From Vermamoeba vermiformis (Eukaryota): a stretch of DNA of 64,000 nt. Both the position numbers and the translations under genes were made by a program. The notes beneath the pieces are model-generated. The model searched no databases and was not told where the DNA came from. It saw only the letters and a program-made list of their open reading frames with translations. Position 1 is the first letter of the stretch; the number at the start of each line of letters is the position of its first letter. The DNA lies in the NCBI GenBank assembly GCA_045837725.1, contig JBEWZL010000077.1, positions 620,001 to 684,000 on the forward strand. The letters run 5' to 3'. Positions 22,530 to 35,600 of the stretch are shown piece after piece.

Positions 22530-25500
22530 ATGGGTTTCTTAACAGATGGAGACACGTTAGATTGGGAAGATGCTAAAAAAGTTAGAGATTACATTAAAGA
22601 GCACGGCATCTTGCAATTTTTGTCTATTTGGAGAAAATTAAAGGACCGCGAGAACGATATTCTGTTGTGGGGTGATGAAGTAAGAAAATTCAAACTTTGT
22701 GACCCCGCGATCTAACCAATTCTAAATTTATTTTAACTGATAGATTGAATATATTATTCTTCATTTCGACGAGGAGAAGAAGAAAGTTACAGTATCTTTG
22801 CGAGGATTTGATATTGTCCATGAACTGGATACCTTGACCGAAAATGATCCTGAGTGGAAAGCGTATGTAAATTTAGCAAACTATTAATTTAGCATATACC
22901 ATCAATCTTGCATTTATTAAAATTAATAATAGTGAAAAAGAATAATTTTAAATTACCGTTTTCGGATCGGCATGGAAGCTTCTTTTCACTTCCATGAAAT
23001 TAACATGCCGATTGAAAACGCGATTACTAGCATTTATTGTGATATTATTAATGATATTGTGATAATATTCGTTGAGCAAATACTTATTTCTTAATTTTTA
23101 AAAGTCTGTTCGCTTGGAGACCCGAGTACGGTACTCATATGATTGAAGGTACGTTCATATATGTTATAATAAATTAGTACTATTTATGGTAATATAATTA
23201 TCGTTATTTTCGATTTTCTTGTGTTATTTAGATAACGTCTAGAAGGCGGCGCTCGTTCGGTTTTGAGAGCTCTATTAACTGTAATTATCGTAGGTACCCC
23301 CGGAAAGCCTTTCAATTGCAAAGATTTCGCTCTCGTTGAGTCTAATATGAAGCTAAGGCAAGTTCACCATCGAACTTCAAGATCCGTTACACGCGATCGA
23401 AAACTGACCTTTAATGAATTAGACGTAAGGCTATCAAGTCTCAGCTTAGAGAAAATGAAGATGTGATCACATTAACGAACTTCCCATTGTTCGGCGTGGG
23501 CGAATTTACGACTCCGGCTCATTTACCGAATGGTCCCATCGCTATGTCTTTGTTTACTCCTGATGAGATTATTAACCCTCACAAACGATTCGGGTAAGGC
23601 TATATAACAATGACCGAGCTTATCACACGAAGCCGTAATTGCTAAGCTAAACTACATGAATTTCTTTTTGCCTGATCTGGATTCACTAACTCCGGTTTAT
23701 GAACAGCACTTTGACTGCCAATATTCGCAAGCGTCGTGGCGGGAAGGTTGTTATCCAATCTCCGTTATATATGGATAAGAACACTAAGCCATTGATCTAC
23801 GATGAGCTTCGAGAGCAAGGTGTTCCTGTGAAGGACAATCACATTTATATGGACTCGATGGCCTTCGGAATGGGTCAATGTTGCTTGCAATGTACCTTCC
23901 AGTGCGTCAATGTCGAAGAGGCCCGTAATTTCTACGATCAATTAGCCGTGTTGTGCCCAATTATGGTACGTGTACTATGAAACTTCAGATCCACCAGTTT
24001 ACTTCTAAAATATTCTAAAATATGAATATCCGTTCATAATAATAACAACGATGTTTTATAAGCGATGAACGAGTATATTAGGCTATAATACTAATTTCTT
24101 CGTAGTTGGCGCTGACTGCTGCAGATCCAGTTTTGCGTGGTTATTTGGCTGACACTGATGTTAGATGGCACATTATTTCTCAATCAGTCGATGACAGAAC
24201 TCAAGAAGAGTTGGGTGTAGTAGTAAGTAGCTGTCTGAAAGTTCTTATGTTAACTCGTCAGATCGCGAGACACGCTTGGTCAAATACTAATGATTTAATT
24301 TTATAGCCTCTCGAAAACGACAAATACGTCTTGAAAAAGTCTAGATATGGCCCTATTGACTGCTACATTTCTCAGCACGTCAATCCTAAGTTCAACGATG
24401 TGCCTATTATCTACGACAATGCTTATTATCAAAAACTTCTCGATAACGGTACACTAAATCTACTCGGATTTGAATGAAGTATATTAACATGATTATTATC
24501 TAGGCGTCGATGAGATTATGGCCAAGCACATTGCTCACTTGTTTGTGCGTGATCCTTTGGTCGTCTACAACGACAAGATCGAGATCGACGACGAGACTCA
24601 CGTCGATCACTTTGAGGTACGATATTAAAGATGTTACATGATATTGTTAGTGGCTGTATGTTAATAACATTCTCGGTAGAATATTCAATCCTCAGTTTGG
24701 CAGACGGTCAGATTCAAGCCTCCTCCACCCAACAGCCCTATTGGTTGGCGTGTAGAGTTCCGACCTATGGAAGTACAAGTAAGCATATTACTATTAAATA
24801 AACTTTATATCCTGATGCTGATACGAGAGTCAAAAAAGATTATTTTTGGATCGAAAGCGCGCATCTAACATTTTCTTTTAGTTGACCGACTTTGAGAATG
24901 CAGCATTCGCTTGCTTCGTTGTGCTCTTCACTCGTGCATTATCTACATTCGATATGAACTTGTACATTCCTATTTCAAAGATGGAAGAAAACATGGAGAA
25001 GGCCTTGTTGCGCGATGCTGTTCACACTCAAAAATTCTTCTTCAGAAAGAATATTACTAGCAAAAGTAAGTATCCGACACCTCCGACCACCAGTATATAT
25101 ATCTTTGTTGAAATGTAATTATGAGCGGAGACTAAACCTTGTTAATGTTGTAGTGAGCGCGAATGATGGATTGTCTTTGTGCAGCACTCCAATGTACTCG
25201 CCTGGCAAGACACGTGACGATGAGTATGCCGAGATGACTATCAATCAAATTATGAACGGCTGTGAGGTAAGTTAAAAAATTCATCGAATCTGAGGAGATC
25301 TCGAAGAAAGAGTGGCTCAAGATCTTACTAATCCATGCTTTAGAAACTTGGTTTCCCTGGTCTTATTCCTCTCGTCAAGGCCTACTTGGACAAGGTTAAC
25401 TTGGATTGGGAGACACGATGTGTCTTGAACCGTTACATGAAGTTGATCTCACAACGTGCATCTGGTAAGAGTCGACTTCCGTTTTACTGAAAATACTATA

Positions 25501-25825
25501 AATATAGCCAATATATGTTTGATGAGTAGTAGCTAATGTTACGCGTCTAGGACAATTGCAAACTATGGCTGCTTGGATGCGAGATTTTATCACCAAGCAT
25601 CCGGACTATCAACACGACTCAGTTGTTAGCGAGTCAATCAACTACGATCTTGTTAAGACTTGTTTGAAGGTATGCAACTCATCATATATTAGCGGTTATT
25701 ATGCAGAGCTAACAGACCGAATCTAGATCGTGAACCACGAGGAAGTGGAGTTGGCCAAGCCGTTGTTGGGAGACTTGTACAGCGACTCTGTTAACAATAA
25801 CAACACGAACACCGGTTCGAACTAA
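22530..25825 (+). CDS. GCLC: Glutamate-cysteine ligase catalytic subunit (eukaryotic type), multi-exon
   Basis: [61 protein letters not shown] and [31 protein letters not shown]. Confidence 0.97.
23358..23422 (+). other. GC-AG intron in GCLC
   Basis: AG|GCAAGT donor, CTGAC branch-like site and TTAG acceptor. Removal gives [19 protein letters not shown], matching GCLC. Confidence 0.8.
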
Positions 25826-26002
25826 TATGCCAATAGAGCCAATAAATTATTCTCTCGCTATTTTTAACTTGTGATCGAGAATCTTGTTTAAAATTTGTGG
25901 TTTATCTGACGTCAATTTATTTCAAATGTCAACTGGCGAAGCACCACAAGTTTATGCCCGATAAAGTTCATATTTATTTATTGTCTTGCATAAATAGAGG
26001 TG

Positions 26003-28406
26003 ATGGATCGGTTCTTCGCTCTTGCATCTTTGACATCTACAGGAGTCGGTAGAATAGCGCTTACTTATTACTTTCTATCGCTTCTAAATACGCCATTATT
26101 ATTATGTATGCTACTTTCAGTCTCATTAGCACTATATGGTGGTTTACAAGCGTGGATGTGCGTACCCAATCCAAGTAACGAAGGCTCCAGGCGCTTGTCA
26201 TTCGAGCTGGTAACTTATAATGCCATGGAAATATTATTATTGGGATTATCGGCAGGCCAAAAAAGCTTATTGGACATGGCATTGGTGCAGGTATGAGAAA
26301 GTTATTAATTTCATAATAATAAAGCCACAATAATTTAAGAGATAAGAGTTAAACTAGGCATATCATTATTTAAATATATACTATTTAATTCGATTCAGAT
26401 TTAATATCTATCTACGTTACTAAATGCAATCTTTTTACAGCTGTTGACACTTTTCGTCATAAACGCTACAACAAGAGCAGATCTAAAGTCAATTAAATAT
26501 CCAGTATCAGTGCTTGCAGTAGTACTTGGAGTTTTAGTATTGACTGTCGACAAAAACTTGGCGTTCTTTCCTCGAGTCGAAACAGTTGCTTGGAGCGTAG
26601 TTACCATTGATATACATTCACATATCATTCAAAATGGCAATTCTTTATCACAACGAACAATTTTTCAGTCGGAAGCAGTTGGCGCGGTCGTGTCATTCAT
26701 GATCTCGTCGCTGATCTGGGTCAACAATGTGGAGCGCTTACAACTTTTGCCCGTTGAATATGACATGTACTCGACACTGCTGCTTATTGCCGCGACAGCT
26801 GGATTGGTCCATATAACATTCAAGCGGCTGACAGTCACGTTGCCGAGACGGATTCAAAACCCGATCCAACCAGCAACCACCTTCGTATTCATTTCAATAG
26901 CTTCAGCGATCATTTACAGTATTAATCATAACAAAGAGGTTTCATGGCCCGTAATAGCATCGATTGTCATGTTAGCGACTGGAGCGTATTTGTCAGCAAG
27001 TGCCAGATCCGACGTTCGACCATCAGTTCTTCGAGCCCAACGATACGAAGAGCAATCAATTTCATTCATTAGAATAGCGGTCCTCATTGGCGTTACATTT
27101 TTAATACTCTCGACGTACTCTACTGCAACTATCAATGCCGAGATCCGCTCAAAGTTGAGCAACAGGACCGATGATGAATATCTCACGATCGAGGATGATT
27201 TTGACACGAAGACGTATATACCCACAAATATCAATAATATTACATATGACACGTCGCCTAAAGAAATCGAGCGTCAAGAACAGCGCGAGCAATGTTTTAT
27301 CAAAACACACAAGTTGATCATGGACACTGTATTTCCGCTAATTCCGCGCAACAAAAACTTCACGGCGGTAGATTTCCCGATGAATTGGGACCTTGGTTAT
27401 CAACAGATTTGGGTTGGGCAAGAACGCTTGTGGCACATCTACGGTCAATTCCCGCTACGCATGCCAGCGATGAATCAACGTGATATTCCTTCCATTGAAG
27501 AGGTAATCGTTATTTTATTTATCATAATGTTAAAAATAAGTTACTAATTGGATGAATTTGTAGTTCCTGAAGGACGGAGCAATTTTCTTGCCTGGTGGAA
27601 GCAATTTTGGTGATTTGAATGAGGATGCGATGGAGTACAAATTATCAGTTTTGAAGTCCCACGCTGGTAATCCCATCGTTTCGTTGCCGCAAACGATGCT
27701 TTTTTCATCCAACGACAAAGTTGCAAAGCACAAGTCTGCAATCAACTCGCACAACCAGTTGACATTACTATGGCGAGATCAAGAGTCGCTTCAATTGGCT
27801 AAAGAGACTTACAACAATGTTAAGTCTTTGTATTGCCCTGACATGGCCTACACGCTTGGTCCAACCCTGCCAAACAGCTTGCCACAAATCGATGTGATCT
27901 TCGTGATTCGACGCGATGCCGAGAAGACCGCTAGTACCGCAGACATAGCTAAGGCCAAGAAAGCAGTAGAAGATGCCGGCCACACTGCAGAGGTATGGGA
28001 TTTCCCGACTCAAGGCTACCCTATGTACGAAGACAGTACGACAAAGGAGGTGGTCTACGACTATAGAAAAATTTTGCCTGGAAGAATTGCCCCGAAAAAT
28101 GAGCCCAATAACGAGCTCTATTCAGAATTGCGCCTTCAAGTCGGAATGAATTTGATTAGCCGCGGAAAAGTCATCGTTACAGATCGATTGCACGCGTTGA
28201 TTATGGCACAAATGATTGATCGACCTGTCATTTACTTTGACACCAAGTACAAAAAATTGACACGTGTCAGAACAGCTCATGTCAATGCAGTCAAGGAGTG
28301 TCAAGATAAGGTCTTCAATTCCAAGAAAGTCCAATCGATCAACGAAGCCGCTAAAAAATCCATCGAATTGATGAGCGGATCCAGCAAAAAAACACCTTCA
28401 GTGTAG
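26003..28406 (+). CDS. Fusion protein: multi-pass transporter-like N-terminal domain plus polysaccharide pyruvyltransferase (Pvg1/EpsI-like) domain, copy 1
   Basis: Three exons join in phase 0 (LVQ|LLT and IEE|FLK). About 10-11 hydrophobic segments precede GGSNFGDL, LPQT, WRDQES, CPDMA, RRDAE and VTDRLHALI. The pyruvyltransferase call is strong; the transporter call is tentative. Confidence 0.8.
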
Positions 28407-28482
28407 AATATAGTTCTAGTTGTAAATAATAGCTTTCTAATTTTAATAATTCATTTTGTTTTGTTCTGACTTCCACGACGCT

Positions 28483-29405
28483 TTAGCTATTAATTTTTTT
28501 AGCTACGCCGATCATGCGAATATTTTCGGGCTTGGCGTTGTATTTGTCCATGAATTCATTCAATTTGTCCAATATCGATGTGTAACAGCGCCGTTTTGGA
28601 ATCTCCCATGATAACACATAAATGCCTGTCCGAGTCTGTATACTCGTTGTGAATTCTGCACCTTGTTTTTTAAGCTAAATAATAAAATTACCGTCCGTAT
28701 ATGATATATAAAATTATATGATGATTATTTACGTCTTCAACTGTAGTGTCAAGATCTGCAGGTTGAACCATCGTTCCGGCTTTAATACTCGACTCCCAAC
28801 CTCTCCTGCATCACATAACCATTTAAAATGAATCAATAATTAATTAAAGTATTGTACTATGGCTAATTACCAGTCTAAAATCTCTTTAAATGTCAAATAA
28901 GAAATTCCGGTGACTTGAGGCAACGTCGGCTGGTTCCAGCTAGCTATTAGTTGTGATATATCGTCTGATGCATCAATGGGTGCGCCTCTTAGTGGCGCAA
29001 TTGAAATATCATCGGAGCTGGGTAGATTTGGTTAAAAAGGGTTGAGATCTAATTTTAAAATGAAGAGCGTGCGTAAAATTTAAATAATAATTAAATAAAT
29101 AAAAATATGTATGATAAATGCAGATTAAATTACTAAAGTTCTCCCACTGGAAAGAGCAGAATGGCCTCTTTTTTTCTTATAATAATTGAATCTTCTGGGC
29201 TTGTATTCCAATATTCTACGCCATTTTCATTTAATAATTGGAGCCTTGTAGGGCATTCCCACGATTTTATGATCTTGTTTTGGAGCTCTGTAGGCAATTT
29301 GGTCACATCCAATTTACATTCGCTGATTTTTAGTTTACATAATGAGCTGAGTGCGAGAATATTCGGTCTAATCTCTATAAATGCATATATTGTCGTGTTG
29401 TTCAT
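28483..29405 (-). CDS. Small 4-exon hypothetical protein with SOCS/BC-box-like segment
   Basis: Exons splice in frame via GT-AG: MNNTTIYAFIE..LSSLCKLKI..LPTELQNKII..| SDDISIAPLRGAPIDAS..SYLTFKEILDW | RGWESS..| ..KPENIRMIGVAKKINS*. Confidence 0.6.
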
Positions 29406-29647
29406 GTGTTTTCCTGTGCAGTATCTGGTGGAGAGTAATTTTTTTTTTCAGTCCATTTTTGACCCGAGATCAAGCCCCCACGCCGGGCTTGACCCAATAA
29501 TTGGCATAATTAATCAGTTGAAGTAGTAATCAAATGCCGAATTATGAACATGTTACAGTAGGAAAATGATCGGCTTCGAATTGTTATTGTGAATTTTGAG
29601 TTTTCCGAGATTTATTTACAAGTGTTTGCAGGTGGTATTTAATAATA

Positions 29648-32073
29648 TTAATACAATAGATCTTTTTTCAAGGTAATGAATTTGATCGCTTTGTTGACAG
29701 CGTTCTTTGCAGACTGCTCGTAGAACATATTGAACGCTGAATCAGTGCACTCTCCAATCACTTGCGTCAATTGTTTTCTGACGGGCTCGTTTTTGCCACT
29801 TTTTTCGTTGATATAAACAACAGGCTTATCCATTAAGTTTGCTATAATAGTCGCATGCAATCGATCGGTCACGATGATTTTTGCACGACTGAACAAATTA
29901 ACGGCAATTTGCAGTCTGTATTCAGGCGCAATATCCATATTTTCTTCCTTCTTTTCTTTCAAAATTAATCTATTCGGAAATACTCTCGAATAATTATACC
30001 AGACGAATTCTTCGCTGTCCTGGTACACCGGGTATCCCTTAAAAGGAAAATCCCAAGCTTCAGCGTATAGCCCTTGTTCTTCAATTGTGCCAAGTAGTGA
30101 CTTGATATCGCTGTTTGATTGCGTTCCTTCGTTGTCTCGGCGGAACAACAGCAAGATGTCAATGTACGGCTGCGAGTTGGGGAAGGTAGGACCAATCATC
30201 CAAGTCGTGTCAGGCACGTACATCACATTGGCTGTCGTAAAATGTTTCTTCGCGAAATCGATCGATCCTTGGTCTTGCAACAAAAGTGTCAACTTTTCGT
30301 GTAAATTGAACGCTTCAATTTGGTCCGCTAGAAGTGTTGGATCTGATTTTCCGTAGTTAATGATATCAGGCATAATCACTACTGGGTTGTATTTAAACAT
30401 ATCAACGACTCTAGTCTTCAAACGAGCTCTGTCAGCTGAAGCATCATTCATTGTTCCGCCGCCAGTCAAGAAAATTGTTCCGTTTCTCATATGCTGATCT
30501 CGATACTAGACACGATCTTGATTAGTAATATATCACGGAATATATTTGCTTTTCGGCTTACTCTCTTCAAGTTCGTGGTACTATTGAGTTCCCAAGCAGC
30601 TTCAAATCGAGCGGGAAATTGTCCGTACACGTGCCACAACTTCTCTTGTCCGAGCCACACAACGGCGTCGGTAATGTTGTAATTGTACGCGTAGTCCATG
30701 GCTGTAAAGTTGGCGTATCGGACGATCAATGACGTGACTTGCTTGATGATGTACTGCCGTGTCTTGTGCATGCATTGGTACCGCTGTTCTTGTCGTGCAA
30801 TCTCCCCGGGAGATATGTCGTATTGAATGTCAGTGTAATTGTATCTCGATTCTTCAAATAGATCTGCAAATGGAGATGTTGTCGAATTTGACTTATTCTC
30901 TTCGACATTGAACACCACGGAATTTATCGTGGATGAGCTGTAACCGACCAATAATAAGAAGGCAAATCCTATGACTGCAACGGTCTTGACATTCGATATA
31001 GTGTCGTTTGCACGAGCCGATTGAATGTTGTTGTGATGACTTTCGTTGACCACGGGAGTTGTCAGGTACGCGCCAGTGATGAACATTGCAGCTGCTATTA
31101 TCGACTGAGGCGTGACTGTAGTGGCGTTCATAGCGACAGATATGACTAAGGCGACGAGTACTAGCAGTGTTGAAGTTGTTTCGCGGAAAGAGTGCTTTGG
31201 GATCTGATCCGCCAAGCGGTTTTTGCCGAACAAGAGAGCTCCGACAGCCAGGGCTTTTATGGACAAAGAAGACAAAGAATCCGCTGGCAGTTTGACCAAA
31301 TATAATCGCTCGCTATTATTAACCCATACCAATAAGGATAAGACGAAAGCCACAATTGATCCAAAAATTTCGGATTGGAGATGCGATCTTTCGGCATTGG
31401 GAGTTCTTCGTTGAGTATTGATGGCATTCAAATCGGATGATGCCACGCTCCATATAACAGCAGCAAAGAACGGTAAGCCACCAAAAGTGAAGTGAGAAGT
31501 GTACAGGATGTAGCATCCAACCGAAATAATTAAAAATGCGATGCCGTTACGAAGGGTGAACTTGATTTGCGTGGATTTGGCCATAATATTGATGAAGAAC
31601 ATCGACAAAAGCTAAAAAGATACGAAGGTTAGATTTGGTGTACGGTATGAGGTACATCCGGATCACAAACTAAAGTAAAGCTTCGAAATTTATCCGAACG
31701 GGACCCATTAATATAAGCATAGTTAATAAGTCATATTTAACGTTACAAGCTCGTACAAATGTCATTTAAAGTTGGATGAACGTACCTGTACCAGAACGAA
31801 GGAAATTAAATTCGGATCCTTCAGCGCAAAATTTAGAAAAATTATATCTAGAGCTGTATAAGCAATGTGGTGCATGGAGGGCTGAACAGGATGTTCTGCT
31901 GATGTTGTTGGCGTCATCATCCAAAGTTGCGCCAATCCAAAAACAGCCAAAGTTGCCGAAACCACGATTGATAAGAGCAATGGGGTAGCCATGGTAGATA
32001 AGAAATTATAGGACAAAAGTAGCCGTCCGACGCCCACGGCAAAAAGAGAACCGAAAGCCAATACTCGATCCAT
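29648..32073 (-). CDS. Fusion protein: multi-pass transporter-like domain plus pyruvyltransferase-like domain, copy 2
   Basis: Paralog of 26003-28406 with shared motifs MDR..A, QSE, WVNN.ER, RQEQR.QC, WH.YGQFP, E.WDFP..GYP.Y and VTDRLHA. It has the same two intron positions. Confidence 0.8.
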
Positions 32074-32654
32074 CCGCTCCAATTACGATAGATACAAATA
32101 TGAGCTCGGTCAGGGTTAGGTATTAGTTAATAATATGTTGCTAATACCTGACAAAGATAAAAGTGAAATGTTCGGCAATCTGTTTTGGTAATTTGCGTTT
32201 TATTAAATTTATTCTTGGGAAAAAAAATCACAACGTCAACCGCCAAAAGCTATTGAAGCCAATGAACGAACCTCAGTTAGTTAAAACTAACATAAAACAG
32301 GTTACCAAGAGGCAAATACAGATCTTTTAACCCAAACGACGGTTGAATTTTCACCGAAAGTAGCGCTGAAGTCGCAGATCTGCTGCACAAATCGTTCGCA
32401 AGAATAATTCTCGTTGCCATAGAATTAATTAAGCTAGTCGATATATGAAATGCTACCTTCTTTTCTATTTTTAGTACTAACCGGACCAAATTTACGTCTC
32501 GTTTTCGGGGTGGTGCTCCCACGCAGTATGTGGTCTACGATCATTTAATAATTGCATAATAATAATAATAGCGATTCCGATAAATTTCTCGTAAATAAAA
32601 AGAAGCCGTCGTTGTGTGATCTAGATCATTCGTGCATTCCACCTTATTAACACA

Positions 32655-35600
32655 ATGGGAGATAATTTTGACAATTTCTTAGAACAATTGGAGCCATTTG
32701 ACGACGTTCAGGTACAATTATAACATCACCTTCGTTTTATTTATTTTGATGGCAGATCGAGTTTGTCGGCTTTGTGAAAGCTCGGTTTACATAATGATCG
32801 CATTAATATTAATTACTGTATTAATTATATATAAAGTGATGCGCAAATCTTTTTTTCTAATTTAAGAAATTTAATTTTATCAGGATGAAGACGGCGAGAA
32901 CATCCTTACAGGTAAGTTTAGATGCATAAATAAGCAAATTTTACATAGATCTTATTAATCAATATTATTTGATAATTAGGAAGCAATTTTGTCCAAGAAG
33001 ACGAGATCAAATCTGTTAATCGCTTCAAAACGCTTGATAACTCACCTCCACCGTTATCCTCGCTTTGTATTGTTAAAATAACGTCATGGATGAACGAGGC
33101 TGCCTGTCCTTCTTCCTACGGTCTTGCCCTCAAAGTCTTTAACAACATCCCGATTGCTCGTGTTCAAAAATTCTATCAACAACGAGTTAAACTGTTGCCA
33201 GATGATCTTCAAGCTAAAATAATATCGCAGCTCTCATTTACAACGCTTAAATGCATTTACCAAGATACAATTTGGGACTTGGATCCGATCACCCTTGCCG
33301 GAAGGTAAGCTCCTCGCATTTTTTGCTTAATAGCGATAAATATTAACATAGTATTCGAATAGTATTAAGCAAGAAGAAGATATGCTTCGTTATCTGTATT
33401 GGAAGAATCCTACAGATCCGTTGCTGAGGGAGTTCGAAAAGACACTCATACTCGACGTGTTCGGCGATAAAAGAATATGGCAACTTTTAAATAGCAAGCA
33501 CCTCCCGCCTACTAACCATGTACGAAATATCACTTAATTATAAGCATTCTAACGGACGTGACTGTAGTTCAAAGAGGCACTCGTGCAATCGTACCTCAAA
33601 GAATGTTTTAACTACAAGTTCTGTGGAAAAGATCAATTCATGAAAACTTTTCACGAAATGACGAACGGTTGTCTGAACAAGTTGAATTGGAATAATGTGC
33701 TTGTTGTCGGGGGATCCGTTCTTAAATCACTACGACACGAGATCAAAAAAATCGGAGAGCCACATTACCGATACGGACAATATAATACGTCTGATATTGA
33801 TATATATATTTATGGATTATCAAAACAGCAATCACAAGCAAAAGTTGAAGAAATTTACAAATCCGTTGCGTTGTACTGGAAAAAACCCGTTGGAATTTTC
33901 AAAACAGCGAATACGATCACCCTAGTTTCAGATCATTCTTTTAGAAACATTCAAATAATCCTTAGGTACGTCGTTGAACTCCTAATTTGGTGACCAGATC
34001 TGATTTTTTTGCAGTACTTACGCATCGCCTTTGGAAATTTTATTGGCCTCTGATATGAATTCATGTTCGAGTAAGTATTTGAATGTTTTTACAATGTAAT
34101 TGCTCGTAATAACAATTATTTGCAGTTGGATTTAATGGCAGTACAGTGCTCACGATTCCACGGTAACGCTTATGCGGACTCACTTTTCGACGAATTTTCT
34201 GACAAATTATTGCAGGTTTTTGTTCGGAGCGATGTACGGCTCTAATGTACTCGACAGCAGCACTAAATTTGGAACAAAATTGCGGTGGGAGCGAATTGCT
34301 AAGTACTTCCACCGAGGCTACAACATCGTGTCACCGTTACACATTCGCGTGCATGGCAACGGCTCATTCAGTGCGTGATACAAATACAAGCTATATATTA
34401 AGCTTAAAATAGTTAAAATATTCGCAAAGAATGTCAACACGGATTCTAATAATTTTTTTTGCAGATTCGGAGGAGCGGATCGACAAAAATATTCATCCGA
34501 GCACGCGTCAAATGGTCGAGTTAATGTGCTTAAACAAAATAGCATTGCTTCGGATCTCATTCAACTACGAGAATTTTGGCACCAATCGTGAAAGCGAATT
34601 TGACAATTGGCCGAGTACGTACAATGGCACTTTTGACACGCAATATATTTATGACATGTAAAGTGACACGTGTCAAATTCTAACGATTTATAGTGCGATG
34701 GACCCGTGGCGTGCAAATTATGTACCGTAGCTTTTTGAACAGCTGGGAAAAGACAGAATATCAACATTTATGTGAAGTGTTGCCTAATCCACCCGACTGG
34801 GTCAAGGACTACTATAAAAGGTAATGAAACTTCATCGATTTTCATGAATCAGCTATTAATCAACTTTGTATTTTAATAGTGCTCAGAATTTGACGTTGCC
34901 TGCGAATTCAATTCGTGAAGCACCTCGTTATGCAGAAGAGATGAGAACGATCGACCAATTAAATTGGGCGTAAGTGACTTATTCTTCAGTTGATAGTATG
35001 AAATTTTATTAATTTTATTGCAGGCACCGAAAAGACGAGCGCAATTTTGACCCAGCTGAATCGAGAAAAATCGAGAAATACGTCGAAGAGCACTGCAAAT
35101 TTGACAATTATAATGAAAGTAAGAAATTCGTAATTATCTTAACTTTACTGGTCTTAATTTGTTTTTTTAAGGTTCGCTACAATGCTTCCATTTGAATTTA
35201 TTCGTGGAAAAAGAACAAAAACAGGCCAATCCGTATCGAGAAATGAATACGAGTCTAGCAACAGTACACTACAAATTGCAGACCGTCCCGTTGGTCGTCA
35301 AAGATTTTCTCAAATTTTTGAACGGCGAGATCCAAACAGTTTCATCGATGTTTTCTATCAATGATCGTCGCTGGTACGTTTTTAATAATCAATTCATAAA
35401 TAATGATCTTCCGTTATTTCTAACGGAAATGTTTGTAAAAACAATTCTAATGATTTACCTTTTTAGGAAATTATCCTTTGATGGAGGATCTAATGGAGTT
35501 AGTTTTATGTCGTTGACTAAAGAAGCAGAGGATGAAGTGGCTCACGCGACCCACCTCGACAATTCACATCCACATCCGCATAAGTTTTTCGTCAACTTCT

